64,000 bases of DNA from Vicugna vicugna. Its lineage: Eukaryota. Numbering within the stretch: the first letter of the stretch is position 1; every line of letters starts with the position of its first letter. Location: the NCBI GenBank assembly GCA_013265495.1, contig MU058844.1:6509260-6573259 (forward strand). The letters are read 5' to 3'. This document shows, one piece after another, positions 63,896 through 64,000 of the stretch. The notes beneath the pieces were generated by a model. The model saw only the letters and a program-made list of their open reading frames with translations. It ran no database searches and had not been told where the DNA came from. A program made the translations under genes and the position numbers.

Positions 63896-64000
63896 AGATA
63901 TTCTCAGTATTCCCTAAGAAAACAGTTAACTACATTATGATGGATCCATAGAATGGAATATTATATAAGACCTTTAAAAAATGGGTACATTTACTGTACT

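Noticed and set aside
62367..64000. Search for the LRRIQ1 promoter or first exon
   Set aside because: No CpG island or convincing exon; mostly L1 relic, so the start probably lies beyond the window
1..64000. CRISPR arrays, operons, tRNA, rRNA or snRNA genes, intact retroelement ORFs
   Set aside because: None seen; the sequence is mammalian intron-exon DNA

Overview
AT-rich mammalian genomic DNA. The window holds the 5' part of one protein-coding gene, LRRIQ1 (leucine-rich repeats and IQ motif containing 1), on the minus strand. I reconstructed 13 coding exons by hand between 62362 (ATG) and 11879. All have GT-AG boundaries and compatible phases, giving 3188 nt of uninterrupted frame (1062 codons plus 2 nt): an acidic N-terminus, an E/K/R-rich helical region with an IQ motif, a long low-complexity linker in a 1632-nt exon, then an SDS22-like LRR array. 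I did not find the promoter or first non-coding exon (probably beyond 64000) or the remaining 3' exons (probably before position 1). Introns are mostly old eutherian repeats (L1M, HAL1, L2, MIR, MLT1, MER34-, LTR33- and MER5-like). One younger L1 3' end resembles cetartiodactyl L1, and I saw no recognisable lineage-specific SINE. I found no evidence of a new multi-gene system. The best second-look items are: a dead (non-spliceable, frameshifted) counterpart of an exon I recall in human LRRIQ1, lying in an antisense L1 relic; an old ~170-bp duplicated motif-rich element that may be an enhancer, possibly for the neighbouring ALX1; a ~100-bp direct repeat; two divergent CTCF-like motifs; and a few candidate splicing features. 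Repeat family names and all human comparisons come from memory and need computational confirmation; repeat boundaries are approximate.
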